A stretch of 63,136 nt of DNA, the filler included, from Candidatus Fermentibacterota bacterium (GTDB lineage: Bacteria > JAFGKV01), in NCBI GenBank assembly GCA_016928395.1. It is 8 parts of 8 records of this genome, joined end to end, with 100 filler letters (N's around TTAATTAATTAA, not from the genome) between each part and the next. Parts side by side here need not be neighbours in the genome. Positions count along the whole stretch, not along the records: positions 33,507 to 47,929 come from JAFGKV010000059.1; positions 48,030 to 52,596 come from JAFGKV010000060.1; positions 52,697 to 55,513 come from JAFGKV010000062.1; 5 more parts are not named here. One strand, given 5' to 3'. The notes beneath the pieces were generated by a model that ran no database searches, was not told the DNA's origin, and was given only the letters and a program-made list of their open reading frames with translations. Of the stretch, positions 44,313-53,568 are shown piece by piece. The first letter of the stretch is position 1. Every line of letters begins with the position of its first letter. Position numbers and translations under genes: made by a program.

Positions 44313-46811
44313 ATGCTGCGTCAACCTGATCCTCGTGTCGTCATCAGTTCTCCCGGAAAGCGGATGACGTCCAAAACCCTGTGTGGGCTCGTGATCGCAC
44401 TGATTGCCTGCGCCGCCGCGGTCGCGGAGGCCGCCGGGGTATTCCCCGGTTACTACTCGCAGTATGATCTGGCATTCTCGGCACCCGGCGCGTACCGGTT
44501 TGGCCTTTACGGGTGGCAGAACCCCGCGGTCTTGGGCACGCTCGATGAGGGCGACATGCTCCTGGTGCTCAGCGATGATCCAGAGCAGCGTGACCGTATC
44601 GCACGGTGGGGTCTCATGATTGCCCAACCGTCCATGGGGTTCGGTGTTGTCCGCGACGATCCCGCGGACGGTCGCACGGTGACCGACTATCGTTACTCCA
44701 TGGCCTTACGGAATCGCGGCTTCGCCCTGGGGGCTGGGTATGGATGGTCCTCCGGTGCTTCGGAGCGTGTTCACCAGCGGGTCGTGACCGTGGGAGTGCT
44801 CTCCCGCCCATCGAGGTTTGCGTCCCTGGGCCTTATCGGCACGTACTCAGCCACCGAGAAAGACCGGGAGGGAGTAGCCGAGCTGGCGTTGCGACCTCTG
44901 GGTGACCACCGGATTGCAGTGTTCGGGGATATGGCCATCCGTGAAGATCAGCGGCTTTCCGATGCACCCTGGAGCGTTGGGGCGGTGGTGGAGCCCTTGC
45001 CCGGCATCCGCGTTTCCGGCCGCTACTTCGATGATGAGCGGGTGAGTCTCGGCGTTGGCTTGAGCTTCGGCCACGGTGGCGTGACGACGCAGGTCCACGA
45101 TGATGACGGGAACCAGCATGCCTCCTATGGGATCCGACTAGGTGGGTATGACCGCACGCTGCTTCGTTCGCTGCAGAAGGGGCAGCGGTACGTGAAGGTG
45201 AACTTAAACGGTGCCATGAAGTACCAGAGGTATGCATTCTTTGATAGGTCCCTGACTCTGCGGCACGTGGTGGAGACGCTGGAACGAGCCGCAGAGGACG
45301 ACGCGGTGGGAGGCGTGGCGGTGAGCATCTGTGGGCTTCGGGCCAGCCCCGCCATGCGATGGGAGCTTCGCCGGGCCTTGGAGGCGGTACGATCATCGGG
45401 CCGGAAGGTCGTCGTATTCGCCGATAACCTCGATGAGTGGAGTTTTCACCTGGCCTCGGTGGCCGATCATCTCGTGCTGGATCCCCAGGGTATCCTGTAT
45501 TTGAAGGGGTTCGCCCTGGGGCGGACGTACCTGCAGGGCACGTTGGACGCAGTGGGAATCGGCGTCGAGGAGTGGCGGTACTTCACTTACAAGTCGGCCT
45601 TCGAGGCATTCTCCCGGGATGCCATGTCGGATGGCGAGCGGGAACAGCTCCTGCGCATGGCAGAGGGGTTTTACGAGGTGGTGCGCGGCGATGTCTGCCG
45701 GGGTAGGGGAGTGACACCTGAAACCTTTGATCGGTGGGTGGACGAGGGGGTGCTTCTTCTGGCCGACGATGCGCTGCAGGCGGGGATGGTGGATCGCCTG
45801 GGGCGTTGGGATGGCGTCGAGACGATCATTGCCGACTTCGAGAGAGGCAAGAAGCACCTGGTGGCCCCGGGGTCTATCATCGGGTGCAGAGAGGAACAGG
45901 ATGATCGATGGGGAGAGCCTCCGACCATCGCCGTCGTGTATGCTCTGGGCGTGTGCGCCATGGACGAGGGCATCAAGGCCCGCAGCCTCGTCAAGGATTT
46001 GCGGCGGGTCGAGGAAGACCCCTCGGTCAAGGCTCTGGTACTCCGGGTCGATTCGCCTGGGGGCGATGCGCTGGCCTCGGATATCGTTGCCGAAGCCTTA
46101 CGTCGTGTTCGCGAGAAGAAGCCCGCCATTGTGTCACAGGGGCAGGTGGCCGCATCGGGCGGCTACTGGCTTTCCATGTACGGAGATCAGATCTACAGCA
46201 GCCCCCTTACCCTCACCGGTTCCATCGGCGTCATCGGAGGATGGTTCTACAACAAAGGGCTCAAGGAGAAGCTGGGGATGACCACCGACCTCGTCCAGGT
46301 CGGCAGGCATGCCGACGTGGGCTTCGGTGTCCGGCTGCCACTCCTGGGTATCGGAGTGCCCGACCGTACTTTGAGCGATGAGGAACGCTCCAAGGTGGAG
46401 AAGCTCATCAAGGGGTCCTACTCCTTGTTCGTGGCCAAGGTCGCCGACGGTCGAGGGCTCAGTGCTGACTCCGTCGCCGTTCTCGGCGAAGGCCGGGTCT
46501 GGCTGGGCAACGATGCTCAGGAGCGGGGATTGGTGGATATGCTCGGCGGGCTCACCGACGCCATCGAAGCCGCGAAAACCGCTGCAGGCATCAAGCCCAC
46601 CGATCCGGTACGTGTGCGCGAGTTGCCCCGCATGGGTCTGTTGGATTTTGGCTCGCTCGTGCCGTTCCTGGGAAAGGCGCGGGCGGGGGATGATACCAGC
46701 GATCCAGCCATCGACTATCTCATGTTCCGCCTGAAGCACAACGGGAAGCCGTTGCCGATGCTCGGGTTCACCGATATGGACGCGGTGATGGGAGCCGAGA
46801 TCTACCGGTAG
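44313..46811 (+). CDS. sppA: Signal peptide peptidase SppA (S49) with N-terminal beta-barrel-like domain
   Basis: AAGGAGG RBS; NPA motif and beta-strand-rich N-terminal part; YKSA, LRVDSPGG, AASGGY, TGSIGV, GRVWLG..A..GLVD. Confidence 0.9.
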   Translation: MLRQPDPRVVISSPGKRMTSKTLCGLVIALIACAAAVAEAAGVFPGYYSQYDLAFSAPGAYRFGLYGWQNPAVLGTLDEGDMLLVLSDDPEQRDRIARWGLMIAQPSMGFGVVRDDPADGRTVTDYRYSMALRNRGFALGAGYGWSSGASERVHQRVVTVGVLSRPSRFASLGLIGTYSATEKDREGVAELALRPLGDHRIAVFGDMAIREDQRLSDAPWSVGAVVEPLPGIRVSGRYFDDERVSLGVGLSFGHGGVTTQVHDDDGNQHASYGIRLGGYDRTLLRSLQKGQRYVKVNLNGAMKYQRYAFFDRSLTLRHVVETLERAAEDDAVGGVAVSICGLRASPAMRWELRRALEAVRSSGRKVVVFADNLDEWSFHLASVADHLVLDPQGILYLKGFALGRTYLQGTLDAVGIGVEEWRYFTYKSAFEAFSRDAMSDGEREQLLRMAEGFYEVVRGDVCRGRGVTPETFDRWVDEGVLLLADDALQAGMVDRLGRWDGVETIIADFERGKKHLVAPGSIIGCREEQDDRWGEPPTIAVVYALGVCAMDEGIKARSLVKDLRRVEEDPSVKALVLRVDSPGGDALASDIVAEALRRVREKKPAIVSQGQVAASGGYWLSMYGDQIYSSPLTLTGSIGVIGGWFYNKGLKEKLGMTTDLVQVGRHADVGFGVRLPLLGIGVPDRTLSDEERSKVEKLIKGSYSLFVAKVADGRGLSADSVAVLGEGRVWLGNDAQERGLVDMLGGLTDAIEAAKTAAGIKPTDPVRVRELPRMGLLDFGSLVPFLGKARAGDDTSDPAIDYLMFRLKHNGKPLPMLGFTDMDAVMGAEIYR

Positions 46812-46917
46812 GCCTTGGGTTTCGGGGTCACCCGCACGGTCAGTTGCCGAGGGTGGCGGGGGAGTCTGGGAGAGCAGACGGCTGAGTCGCTCTGTGGCCC
46901 TGGATCCCGCCTTGAGA

Positions 46918-47694
46918 TCACCGGCGAGAAGCGGTCTCGTCAGGCCGGGTCTCGAAGGCGTGGGCCATGATAGCATCGACCGTGCCTTCCATGGCGCGGT
47001 GGTGAGAGCCCTTCCAGAAGACTTTGCCGCATCCTGAGCATCTGGCGAAGACTGTGCAGCGCTCCCGTACCCGGGGCGGCACCGTATGGGGGATGATTCC
47101 GGTACGAAGGACCTCCAGCGGGGCATTACACAGGAGACACCTGGAGAACGGGAATACCGAGGTCGCCAGGTCGAACCTGCGCAGTACCTCAGCGGCCTGA
47201 AGACGCGGTCTCCGGTGTCGAACCAAGTACCCGTGGGTGACGACCTTGCGCTTCAGGAGGCCACGGTCTTGGGTCAGGAGTATCCGTCCGCGGGAAGCCA
47301 GACACGCGAGATCCGCGTCATCGGCGCCGCGGTCGTACAGCGTATCGAAGCCCAGCATGCGCAGGTAACGGGCCAGGCGGCCCAAATGTACATCCAGCAC
47401 GAAGGAGGGCCGTCGCAGCGGCACGGGCCTGACCCGCTGGACTTCCGATATGTCCAGTGACTCGAATACCGGGAACACACTCACCCGCGCGTCGCGGCCG
47501 AGCACGTGATCGAATCCCACGGACTCTCCGTTCACGAGGATGAGATCAACCTCCGTATGGGGGATTCCCAGTCGCTCGATGAGGTCTTTCACGGCCACCG
47601 CCGCATCCAGCCGTTGCAGGACGGTGGTGCCGCGCAGCCGCCGCGGCAGCAGATCATTTAGCTCGGCGTAGACACGAATCGAGGCGATGCTCAT
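46918..47694 (-). CDS. Mut7-C ubiquitin-like + PIN RNase domain protein
   Basis: RVYAELNDLL, VKDLIERLGIPHTEVDLILVNG, FVLDVHLGRLARYLRMLGFD, RCLLCN...CSGCGKVFWKGSH. Confidence 0.92.
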   Translation of the reverse strand: MSIASIRVYAELNDLLPRRLRGTTVLQRLDAAVAVKDLIERLGIPHTEVDLILVNGESVGFDHVLGRDARVSVFPVFESLDISEVQRVRPVPLRRPSFVLDVHLGRLARYLRMLGFDTLYDRGADDADLACLASRGRILLTQDRGLLKRKVVTHGYLVRHRRPRLQAAEVLRRFDLATSVFPFSRCLLCNAPLEVLRTGIIPHTVPPRVRERCTVFARCSGCGKVFWKGSHHRAMEGTVDAIMAHAFETRPDETASRR

Positions 47695-47788
47695 GACCTG
47701 CCTCGCGGCACAGCCATCCCCGGCCGGTAGCCGGCGGCCTCGGGGCTTCGCCCCGGATTGCGGGTCTTGAACCAAGACATGGGGACGG

Positions 47789-47929
47789 TCATGGGAACAG
47801 GCGCTCCTGCAGGCTGTGCGGGCTGGCTGCGGCCGGTCCCGTGATATGAATGACTTCCCAGCCGCGGCGAGTCAACTCATCGGCGATGAAGCGGCGATGA
47901 CAGGCCGCGGGGTCACGCTCGGCGCACAA
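47789..47929 (-). CDS. C-terminal fragment of a DUF488-family protein (5' end lost in gap)
   Basis: Not in the ORF track. My translation: LCAERDPAACHRRFIADELTRRGWEVIHI...LFP*, matching the C-x-E-x5-CHR motif. Confidence 0.75.
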   Translation of the reverse strand: MCAERDPAACHRRFIADELTRRGWEVIHITGPAAASPHSLQERLFP

Positions 47930-48029
47930 NNNNNNNNNNNNNNNNNNNNNNNNNNNNNNNNNNNNNNNNNNNNTTAATTAATTAANNNNNNNNNNNNNNN
48001 NNNNNNNNNNNNNNNNNNNNNNNNNNNNN
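47930..48029. other. Artificial contig spacer
   Basis: N-run with TTAATTAATTAA. Confidence 0.99.
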
Positions 48030-48088
48030 GAAGGCGCGATCAGAGGCATCCGCTGGCACAACATCCCCACAACCGAGCGCGATCGGCT

Positions 48089-51000
48089 ATGGCGCGAGTA
48101 TCGCACGAGAGTAGGCTCAGGCTAGGGCTCATCGAAGGCACGAGCACTGTGAAGCAGCTGATTCCCCGTTTCATCGACGACCAGTATCGCCGACGCCTCC
48201 TTCACGGCCGGTTCGAAGCCGTGGTGGTGTCCATGGACATTGTCGGCTTCACCACCATGACCCAGCGTCTCATGGAACTTGGCAGAGCCGGTGCCGAAAT
48301 CGTCACCGCGATAATCAACGAGGTCTTTGGGCCGTGCTCGGAGCTGATCTACGGTCACGGCGGATGGATCGGCAAGTTCGTGGGTGATCAGGTTGTCGCA
48401 TTCTTCCTAGACGAGGCAGGGCCGGGTGCGTATCGGGCTGCGGCCGCAATCCAGGAGCTGTTCGTTCGGCGTAGCGCGTGTGATACGCCCGTCGGAAGCA
48501 TGCGCCTGAGCGCCCGAATCGGAATCGCGCGGGGCGCGGTGAGTTGGGGAATCGTCAGGGCCGCCCCTCGCGATATCTTCTACTTCCGGGGCAGTGCGCT
48601 CGCCCGCTGCATGTCGGCCCTGGCCCGCTGCAAACCCGGCGCCATAGCCTGCCATCGCTCCGCGGCATCCCGGCCGGAGTGCGGAGACACTGTGGTGGAC
48701 CCGTCCGACTCACCCCTTCTGGATCCCGCCCTACTCTGCCGATTCGTGCCATCTTCAGTGCTGGAGATGGAGGATGCGGGCGAATTCCGGGATATCGCGT
48801 GCCTGTTCCTTTCGTTCCGCCCGGAAGACGGACGACTGTCCCACGGTTTCCTTCAGCGATTCGTACCCCTCCTCGTGGAGGAGGCCGAGAGGTTCCAGGG
48901 GTTCCTTAGCGAGTTAGACTTCGGTGACAAAGGCAGCGTGGCGCTGCTGTACTTCGGGGCCCCCCAGGGGCTGGAGCATCCCGTCCTCCATGCGGGAGGC
49001 TTCGCCCTTGCCGTGCGTGAGCGCACCGCCGGCGTGGCGCGGGTGCGGGTGGGCATAGCCCACGGCAAAGTATTCGCGGGGTTCGTGGGAAGTTCCCTCC
49101 GATGCGAGTACAAGGCGGTCGGGAGCGTGGTGAACCTGGCGGCCCGGCTGATGGGCTCCGCTGCCGGGGGCTGCATTCTGCTGGATGGCCGCATGGCTCC
49201 CGCAGCGCCTGGGTTTGTGCTCACTCCCGTGCCGCCGCTAACCCTCAAAGGGTTCCCTGATGCGGTGCCTGCCTTCGAGTTGACCGGCCGCACCGATGCA
49301 CCCCACGACACCCGGTCTGACCTCCCCCTGATCGGTAGACGTGACGAGCTGGCGGCACTTTGGCGGCTTCTCTCTCCCCTGAAGCAGGGTGAGTTCTGCG
49401 GGATCGTGTACGTTGATGGAAAGGCCGGAATCGGCAAGAGCCGCCTCGTGCAGGAGCTTCGCACAGAGGCCTCCTCAGCCGGTGTAGCCTGGTTCTCCAT
49501 GCCCAGCGACGAGATCCTGCGCCAGAGCCTCAACCCGTTGCGTTGCTTCGCTCGTTCGTACTTCGGCTGCACGGCCGAGCATCCCAAGGAGCGGCACGAG
49601 GCAAACTTCGCCACGCGGCTTGACGCTCTGATGGCCAGGGCCGATCCTGAGTCATGCCAGGAGCTTGAGCGGCTCCGCTCGGTGTTCGGGGCTGCGGTGG
49701 ATCTCTTCTGGGCCGGTTCGCTCTACGATCAGCTGGATCCACGTTCTCGGAAAGAGCAGACTTTCCGGGCCTTCAAGCTCTTGTTCAGAGTTGAAGCCGG
49801 CCCGTGTCCAGTGATCATCGAGCTAGAGGATTGCCAGTGGGCCGATGCAGACACGGCAGAGTTCCTCCGTGCGCTCACCCAGAACATGGGCGGCCATCCC
49901 ATCGCCCTCATCGCCCTGGCGCGAACAGGCGATGATGAAGCGCCTTATCGGTTCACCCTGGAGGGCGTGCCCTCGGGCTGTGTGCTTCTTCGCCACTTGT
50001 CAGAGACCGATACGGCTGCCCTGGCAGAGCGGCTGCTGGGTGGCGCGCCCTCGCGACCGCTCTTGGAGGTGCTGGAGAATCGTAGCGAGGGGAATCCTTT
50101 TTACCTGGAGCAGCTTGTCCGGTTCATGCAGGAAACCGGGGTCGTGGGTGCGCATGACGGCCAGAGCCATCTGACATCCCAGATCCAGGATCTTCCGGAA
50201 ACCATCTCGGCCGTCATCGTAGCGAGAATCGACCGGCTTGCCCGCGAGCTTCGTGAAGCCGTGAAGCGCGCGGCAGTGCTGGGCAGAGAATTCAACGTCC
50301 CTGTGCTGTCCGCGATGCTCCATCACAGTCGCGCCGCGACGCTTCTCGAGGCAGGCCGCCGTGAGGCCGTCTGGGGGCCCCTCTCAGACCTCATCTTCAT
50401 CTTTCGTCATGCCCTCATCCGGGAAACCGCCTACCAGATGCAGCTCCAGGAGACCGTGCGCAGACTTCACCTGTTGGCGGGCGAAGCCATCGAGGATCTC
50501 TATCGTGACGACCTCATGCCTCATGTGGGCGCCCTTGCCCACCATTTCGACAAGGCCGGCGACTTCGCCAGGGCCGAACCCTACCTCTGGAAGGCTGCCG
50601 AAGCGGCCGAAGCGAGATGGGGCAACGAGGAGGCTCTAGGCTGCTACACGCGTCTAGAGGCATACGTCTGCGACCTGACAGGACAGATCGAGATCTGCCG
50701 GCGCAAAGGCATCCTGCTCGATCGTCTCGGACGGCTGGAAGAGGCCGAGCGGGTGATGGAAGCGTATCTGGCCAAGAGCAGCCTGTCCGGTGAGTCGGCC
50801 CGGGTTCTGGATAGCATGAATGCGCTGGGGAACGTGATCCTCCGACGGGGCAGAGCGGACGACGCACTCCGGCGGTACCGTGAAGCCCTGCGCATCGCCA
50901 CGGAGACAGGGGATCTCAAGGGGATGTCGGCCGCAGTCAACAATATCGGCCGGGTTCACCGTCTGCAGGGCCGCTTCGATGAGGCAATGGGGTGCTTCAG

Positions 51001-51934
51001 GCAGGACCTGCGCATCAGCTGGCGTCGCCGCGACCAGAAGAGCATCGGTTACACCTTGGGAAATATGGGAAGCATCTACGGCTCTCTGGGCGATCTGCGG
51101 CGCGCGCGCCGGTGTTTCGGGACAGCGCTCAAGATCGCAGAGGAATTGGGCGACAAGTTCAGCATCGCGTTGTCGGCCGGTAGCATCGGCTTGGCATGCA
51201 TGTTGGAGGGGAATCTGGAGGAGGCGCGGCGGCTCTTCATCCGGCAGAAGACTGTTGCCGAGGAGACCGGTGACCAGTACAACATCGGATATGCCGCCGG
51301 CAACCTCGGCGAGGTGCTCCATCGCCAGGGTGACCTTGATGGTGCACTGCGGCACTATGAGAGGAAACTGGCGATCTCCAGGGAGATGGGCTACCGCTAC
51401 GGCGAGGGCATCGCGTTGGACAGTCTGGGCCGGGCCCACGAGGACCGCGGCGAGTCCGTCACTGCCATCGGCTTCTTGGATGAGGCTGTCGCCATAGCCC
51501 GCGAGCTCGGCTCGGGCGACTACCTCTGTGGATACTTGAATCACCGGGTTAACGCGGAGCTGAGCGCCTCATCCGACCTCAGCGCCGAGAAGGTCATGCT
51601 CCTTGAACGGATGGCCGGGGAGGCGGCGGAGATCGCCGACAGGATCGGCAAGACTGAGGAAGCGATGGCCGCCCGGGTCAATCAGGCGAGACTCATTGCG
51701 GCCAGGGGTGACTCTGGGATTGCAGCCGAGCATCTTCGCCAGATCCTGCCCCACGCGACAGGGCTCGCCCGGGCGCGAGTGCTTCACGCGCTGTTCGACA
51801 TCACAGGAAGCGAGGCCCACAGGGCCGAGGCGCTGGTGGCCTATCGGCAGATTGAGGCGCAGCGATCGGGTCTCGCCGTCCGACGCCAGATCTCCATGCT
51901 CAAGGGAGGAGGGAGCGGTCCGACGAGTCCGTGA
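48089..51934 (+). CDS. Adenylate/guanylate cyclase (two class III domains) + STAND AAA ATPase + TPR protein
   Basis: DIVGFTTMT/KFVGD, second domain GDKG...VNLAARL, Walker A GKAGIGKS, LEDCQWAD, GNPFYLEQ, FRHALIRE, many TPRs. Start may be GTG 48149. Confidence 0.9.
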   Translation: MARVSHESRLRLGLIEGTSTVKQLIPRFIDDQYRRRLLHGRFEAVVVSMDIVGFTTMTQRLMELGRAGAEIVTAIINEVFGPCSELIYGHGGWIGKFVGDQVVAFFLDEAGPGAYRAAAAIQELFVRRSACDTPVGSMRLSARIGIARGAVSWGIVRAAPRDIFYFRGSALARCMSALARCKPGAIACHRSAASRPECGDTVVDPSDSPLLDPALLCRFVPSSVLEMEDAGEFRDIACLFLSFRPEDGRLSHGFLQRFVPLLVEEAERFQGFLSELDFGDKGSVALLYFGAPQGLEHPVLHAGGFALAVRERTAGVARVRVGIAHGKVFAGFVGSSLRCEYKAVGSVVNLAARLMGSAAGGCILLDGRMAPAAPGFVLTPVPPLTLKGFPDAVPAFELTGRTDAPHDTRSDLPLIGRRDELAALWRLLSPLKQGEFCGIVYVDGKAGIGKSRLVQELRTEASSAGVAWFSMPSDEILRQSLNPLRCFARSYFGCTAEHPKERHEANFATRLDALMARADPESCQELERLRSVFGAAVDLFWAGSLYDQLDPRSRKEQTFRAFKLLFRVEAGPCPVIIELEDCQWADADTAEFLRALTQNMGGHPIALIALARTGDDEAPYRFTLEGVPSGCVLLRHLSETDTAALAERLLGGAPSRPLLEVLENRSEGNPFYLEQLVRFMQETGVVGAHDGQSHLTSQIQDLPETISAVIVARIDRLARELREAVKRAAVLGREFNVPVLSAMLHHSRAATLLEAGRREAVWGPLSDLIFIFRHALIRETAYQMQLQETVRRLHLLAGEAIEDLYRDDLMPHVGALAHHFDKAGDFARAEPYLWKAAEAAEARWGNEEALGCYTRLEAYVCDLTGQIEICRRKGILLDRLGRLEEAERVMEAYLAKSSLSGESARVLDSMNALGNVILRRGRADDALRRYREALRIATETGDLKGMSAAVNNIGRVHRLQGRFDEAMGCFRQDLRISWRRRDQKSIGYTLGNMGSIYGSLGDLRRARRCFGTALKIAEELGDKFSIALSAGSIGLACMLEGNLEEARRLFIRQKTVAEETGDQYNIGYAAGNLGEVLHRQGDLDGALRHYERKLAISREMGYRYGEGIALDSLGRAHEDRGESVTAIGFLDEAVAIARELGSGDYLCGYLNHRVNAELSASSDLSAEKVMLLERMAGEAAEIADRIGKTEEAMAARVNQARLIAARGDSGIAAEHLRQILPHATGLARARVLHALFDITGSEAHRAEALVAYRQIEAQRSGLAVRRQISMLKGGGSGPTSP

Positions 51935-51995
51935 GCACATAACGCGGCGAGACGACGATGTTGCGTCGCCCCGCCGCCTTCGCGAGGGCTCGTTG

Positions 51996-52280
51996 TCAGG
52001 CCGGCGTCGTCTCCGCGCTCCCGTGCAACCCGGCATGCACCTTGCGCACGAACCTGTGCTTCTTGTCGTGGGGGCTGTGGTGCGCAGGATGGCCGCCGAA
52101 TAGGATGTGGCAGAGCACGAACAAACCCACAGCCTGCCAGTAGCTGATGGCGGCTACCCCGAAAATGGGCGGCATAAGCCAGTTCCACAGATGCTGCACT
52201 GCCAGCCCCAAGACCAGACCCAGGGCCGCGACGCCGGCGATGCCGAGCAGAACCCATCCAAAGATCCGTAGTGTTTTCAC
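51996..52280 (-). CDS. Small membrane protein downstream of an ECF sigma factor
   Basis: GGAGGAG RBS; LWNWLMPPIFG...ISYWQAVGLFVLCHILFGG. Confidence 0.75.
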   Translation of the reverse strand: MKTLRIFGWVLLGIAGVAALGLVLGLAVQHLWNWLMPPIFGVAAISYWQAVGLFVLCHILFGGHPAHHSPHDKKHRFVRKVHAGLHGSAETTPA

Positions 52281-52299
52281 GTTCTCCTCCAGTCTCCTC

Positions 52300-52596
52300 T
52301 TAGGATTGAATTATACCTCGCTCTCGAAGGCGATGCCGCACGGCATCCATCCCTCGTTTCTTTCTCGCCATGAGGGTTCCCATGGGGTCGCCGGTCTCCA
52401 CGGCCAGCTCCCGAAAGGTTCTGCCCTCCAGCACGGTGGCCACGATGGCCAGGCGCTGGGGTTCGGGAAGCGCGTCGATCGCCTCGGCGACCGCCCGAAC
52501 AACCATGGCGTCATCTATCAAGTCGTCGACATCGGGCGCGCCGTTGAGTAGGGCCTCGATGCCCGAGGCCTCCTCCCTCGCCTTGCGGCGCACGTC
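52300..52596 (-). CDS. ECF sigma factor, C-terminal region 4 (5' end lost in gap)
   Basis: AIDALPEPQRLAI...EGRTFRELAVETGDPMGTLMARK. Confidence 0.85.
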   Translation of the reverse strand, partial: DVRRKAREEASGIEALLNGAPDVDDLIDDAMVVRAVAEAIDALPEPQRLAIVATVLEGRTFRELAVETGDPMGTLMARKKRGMDAVRHRLRERGIIQS

Positions 52597-52696
52597 NNNN
52601 NNNNNNNNNNNNNNNNNNNNNNNNNNNNNNNNNNNNNNNNTTAATTAATTAANNNNNNNNNNNNNNNNNNNNNNNNNNNNNNNNNNNNNNNNNNNN
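52597..52696. other. Artificial contig spacer
   Basis: N-run with TTAATTAATTAA. Confidence 0.99.
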
Positions 52697-52697
52697 C

Positions 52698-53477
52698 GGG
52701 GGCGTTTTCCAGACCTCCAGCAGCGACGGCTACGGCGTACACGGAGAAACGGCCGCCACCGGAGTCTCCGAATTGGCCCCCTGCGGAGTGCGCGGCAATG
52801 GCGGCACCGCGATCAGAGGCGAGTCCACCGTGAGCAATGGCAACGGGGTGGTTGGTATCGCCAACGGGTCGGCGGCCTATGGGGTCTTCGGCCAGAGCGA
52901 CACGGGGTATGCAGGCTACTTTGCCGGCAAGGTCCACGTCACCGGCAACTTCACCGTGAGTGGCGCAAAGAGCTTTCTCATCGACCATCCGCTGGACCCT
53001 GAGAACCGCATCCTCGCTCATGCCTGTGTGGAGAGCGACCAGGCGGTGAACATGTACCGCGGCACGGCGATCCTGGACGAGCGGGGTGAGGCGGTTGTCG
53101 AGCTTCCCGAGTGGTTCTCGGCTCTGAACACAGACTACGCCTACCACCTGACGCCCATCGGCGCGCCCGCCCCTTCATTGCACGTAGCCACGAAGCTGAA
53201 GGGCAACCGGTTCCGGATCGGCGGGGGGGAGCCCGGCACAGAGGTCTCCTGGATGGTGACCGCGCAGCGGAACGACGCCTGGATGCGGATGCATCCATTT
53301 GTGGCTGAGCGCGACAAGGCCGGGCACGAGCGCGGATACTACCTGACCCCCGAGGCGCATGGGCAGCTGCCCGAGCGGGGGATGAGCCGCGCCAAAGAGA
53401 CGCTGCCTGCGCAGCGTCTCGCACCGCCCCCGGAAGCCCATCTCGGTGTGAAGGGAGCAACAGAGGCATCCCGGTAG
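52698..53477 (+). CDS. C-terminal part of a GVxG-repeat fibre-like protein with chaperone-like tail domain (5' end lost in gap)
   Basis: Open from the contig edge; GVHG/GVRG/GVVG/GVFG repeats, AGYFAGKVHVTG, KSFLIDHPLDP...HACVES...YHLTPIG...VSWMVTAQR. Confidence 0.75.
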   Translation, partial: GGVFQTSSSDGYGVHGETAATGVSELAPCGVRGNGGTAIRGESTVSNGNGVVGIANGSAAYGVFGQSDTGYAGYFAGKVHVTGNFTVSGAKSFLIDHPLDPENRILAHACVESDQAVNMYRGTAILDERGEAVVELPEWFSALNTDYAYHLTPIGAPAPSLHVATKLKGNRFRIGGGEPGTEVSWMVTAQRNDAWMRMHPFVAERDKAGHERGYYLTPEAHGQLPERGMSRAKETLPAQRLAPPPEAHLGVKGATEASR

Positions 53478-53568
53478 CCTTGCATGGCATTCCCGCGACC
53501 GACGTGCACGGGCTGTCAGCCTGGATGCCGGCCGCTGTCGAACGATCGTTCAGCGAAAGGAGTGACCG

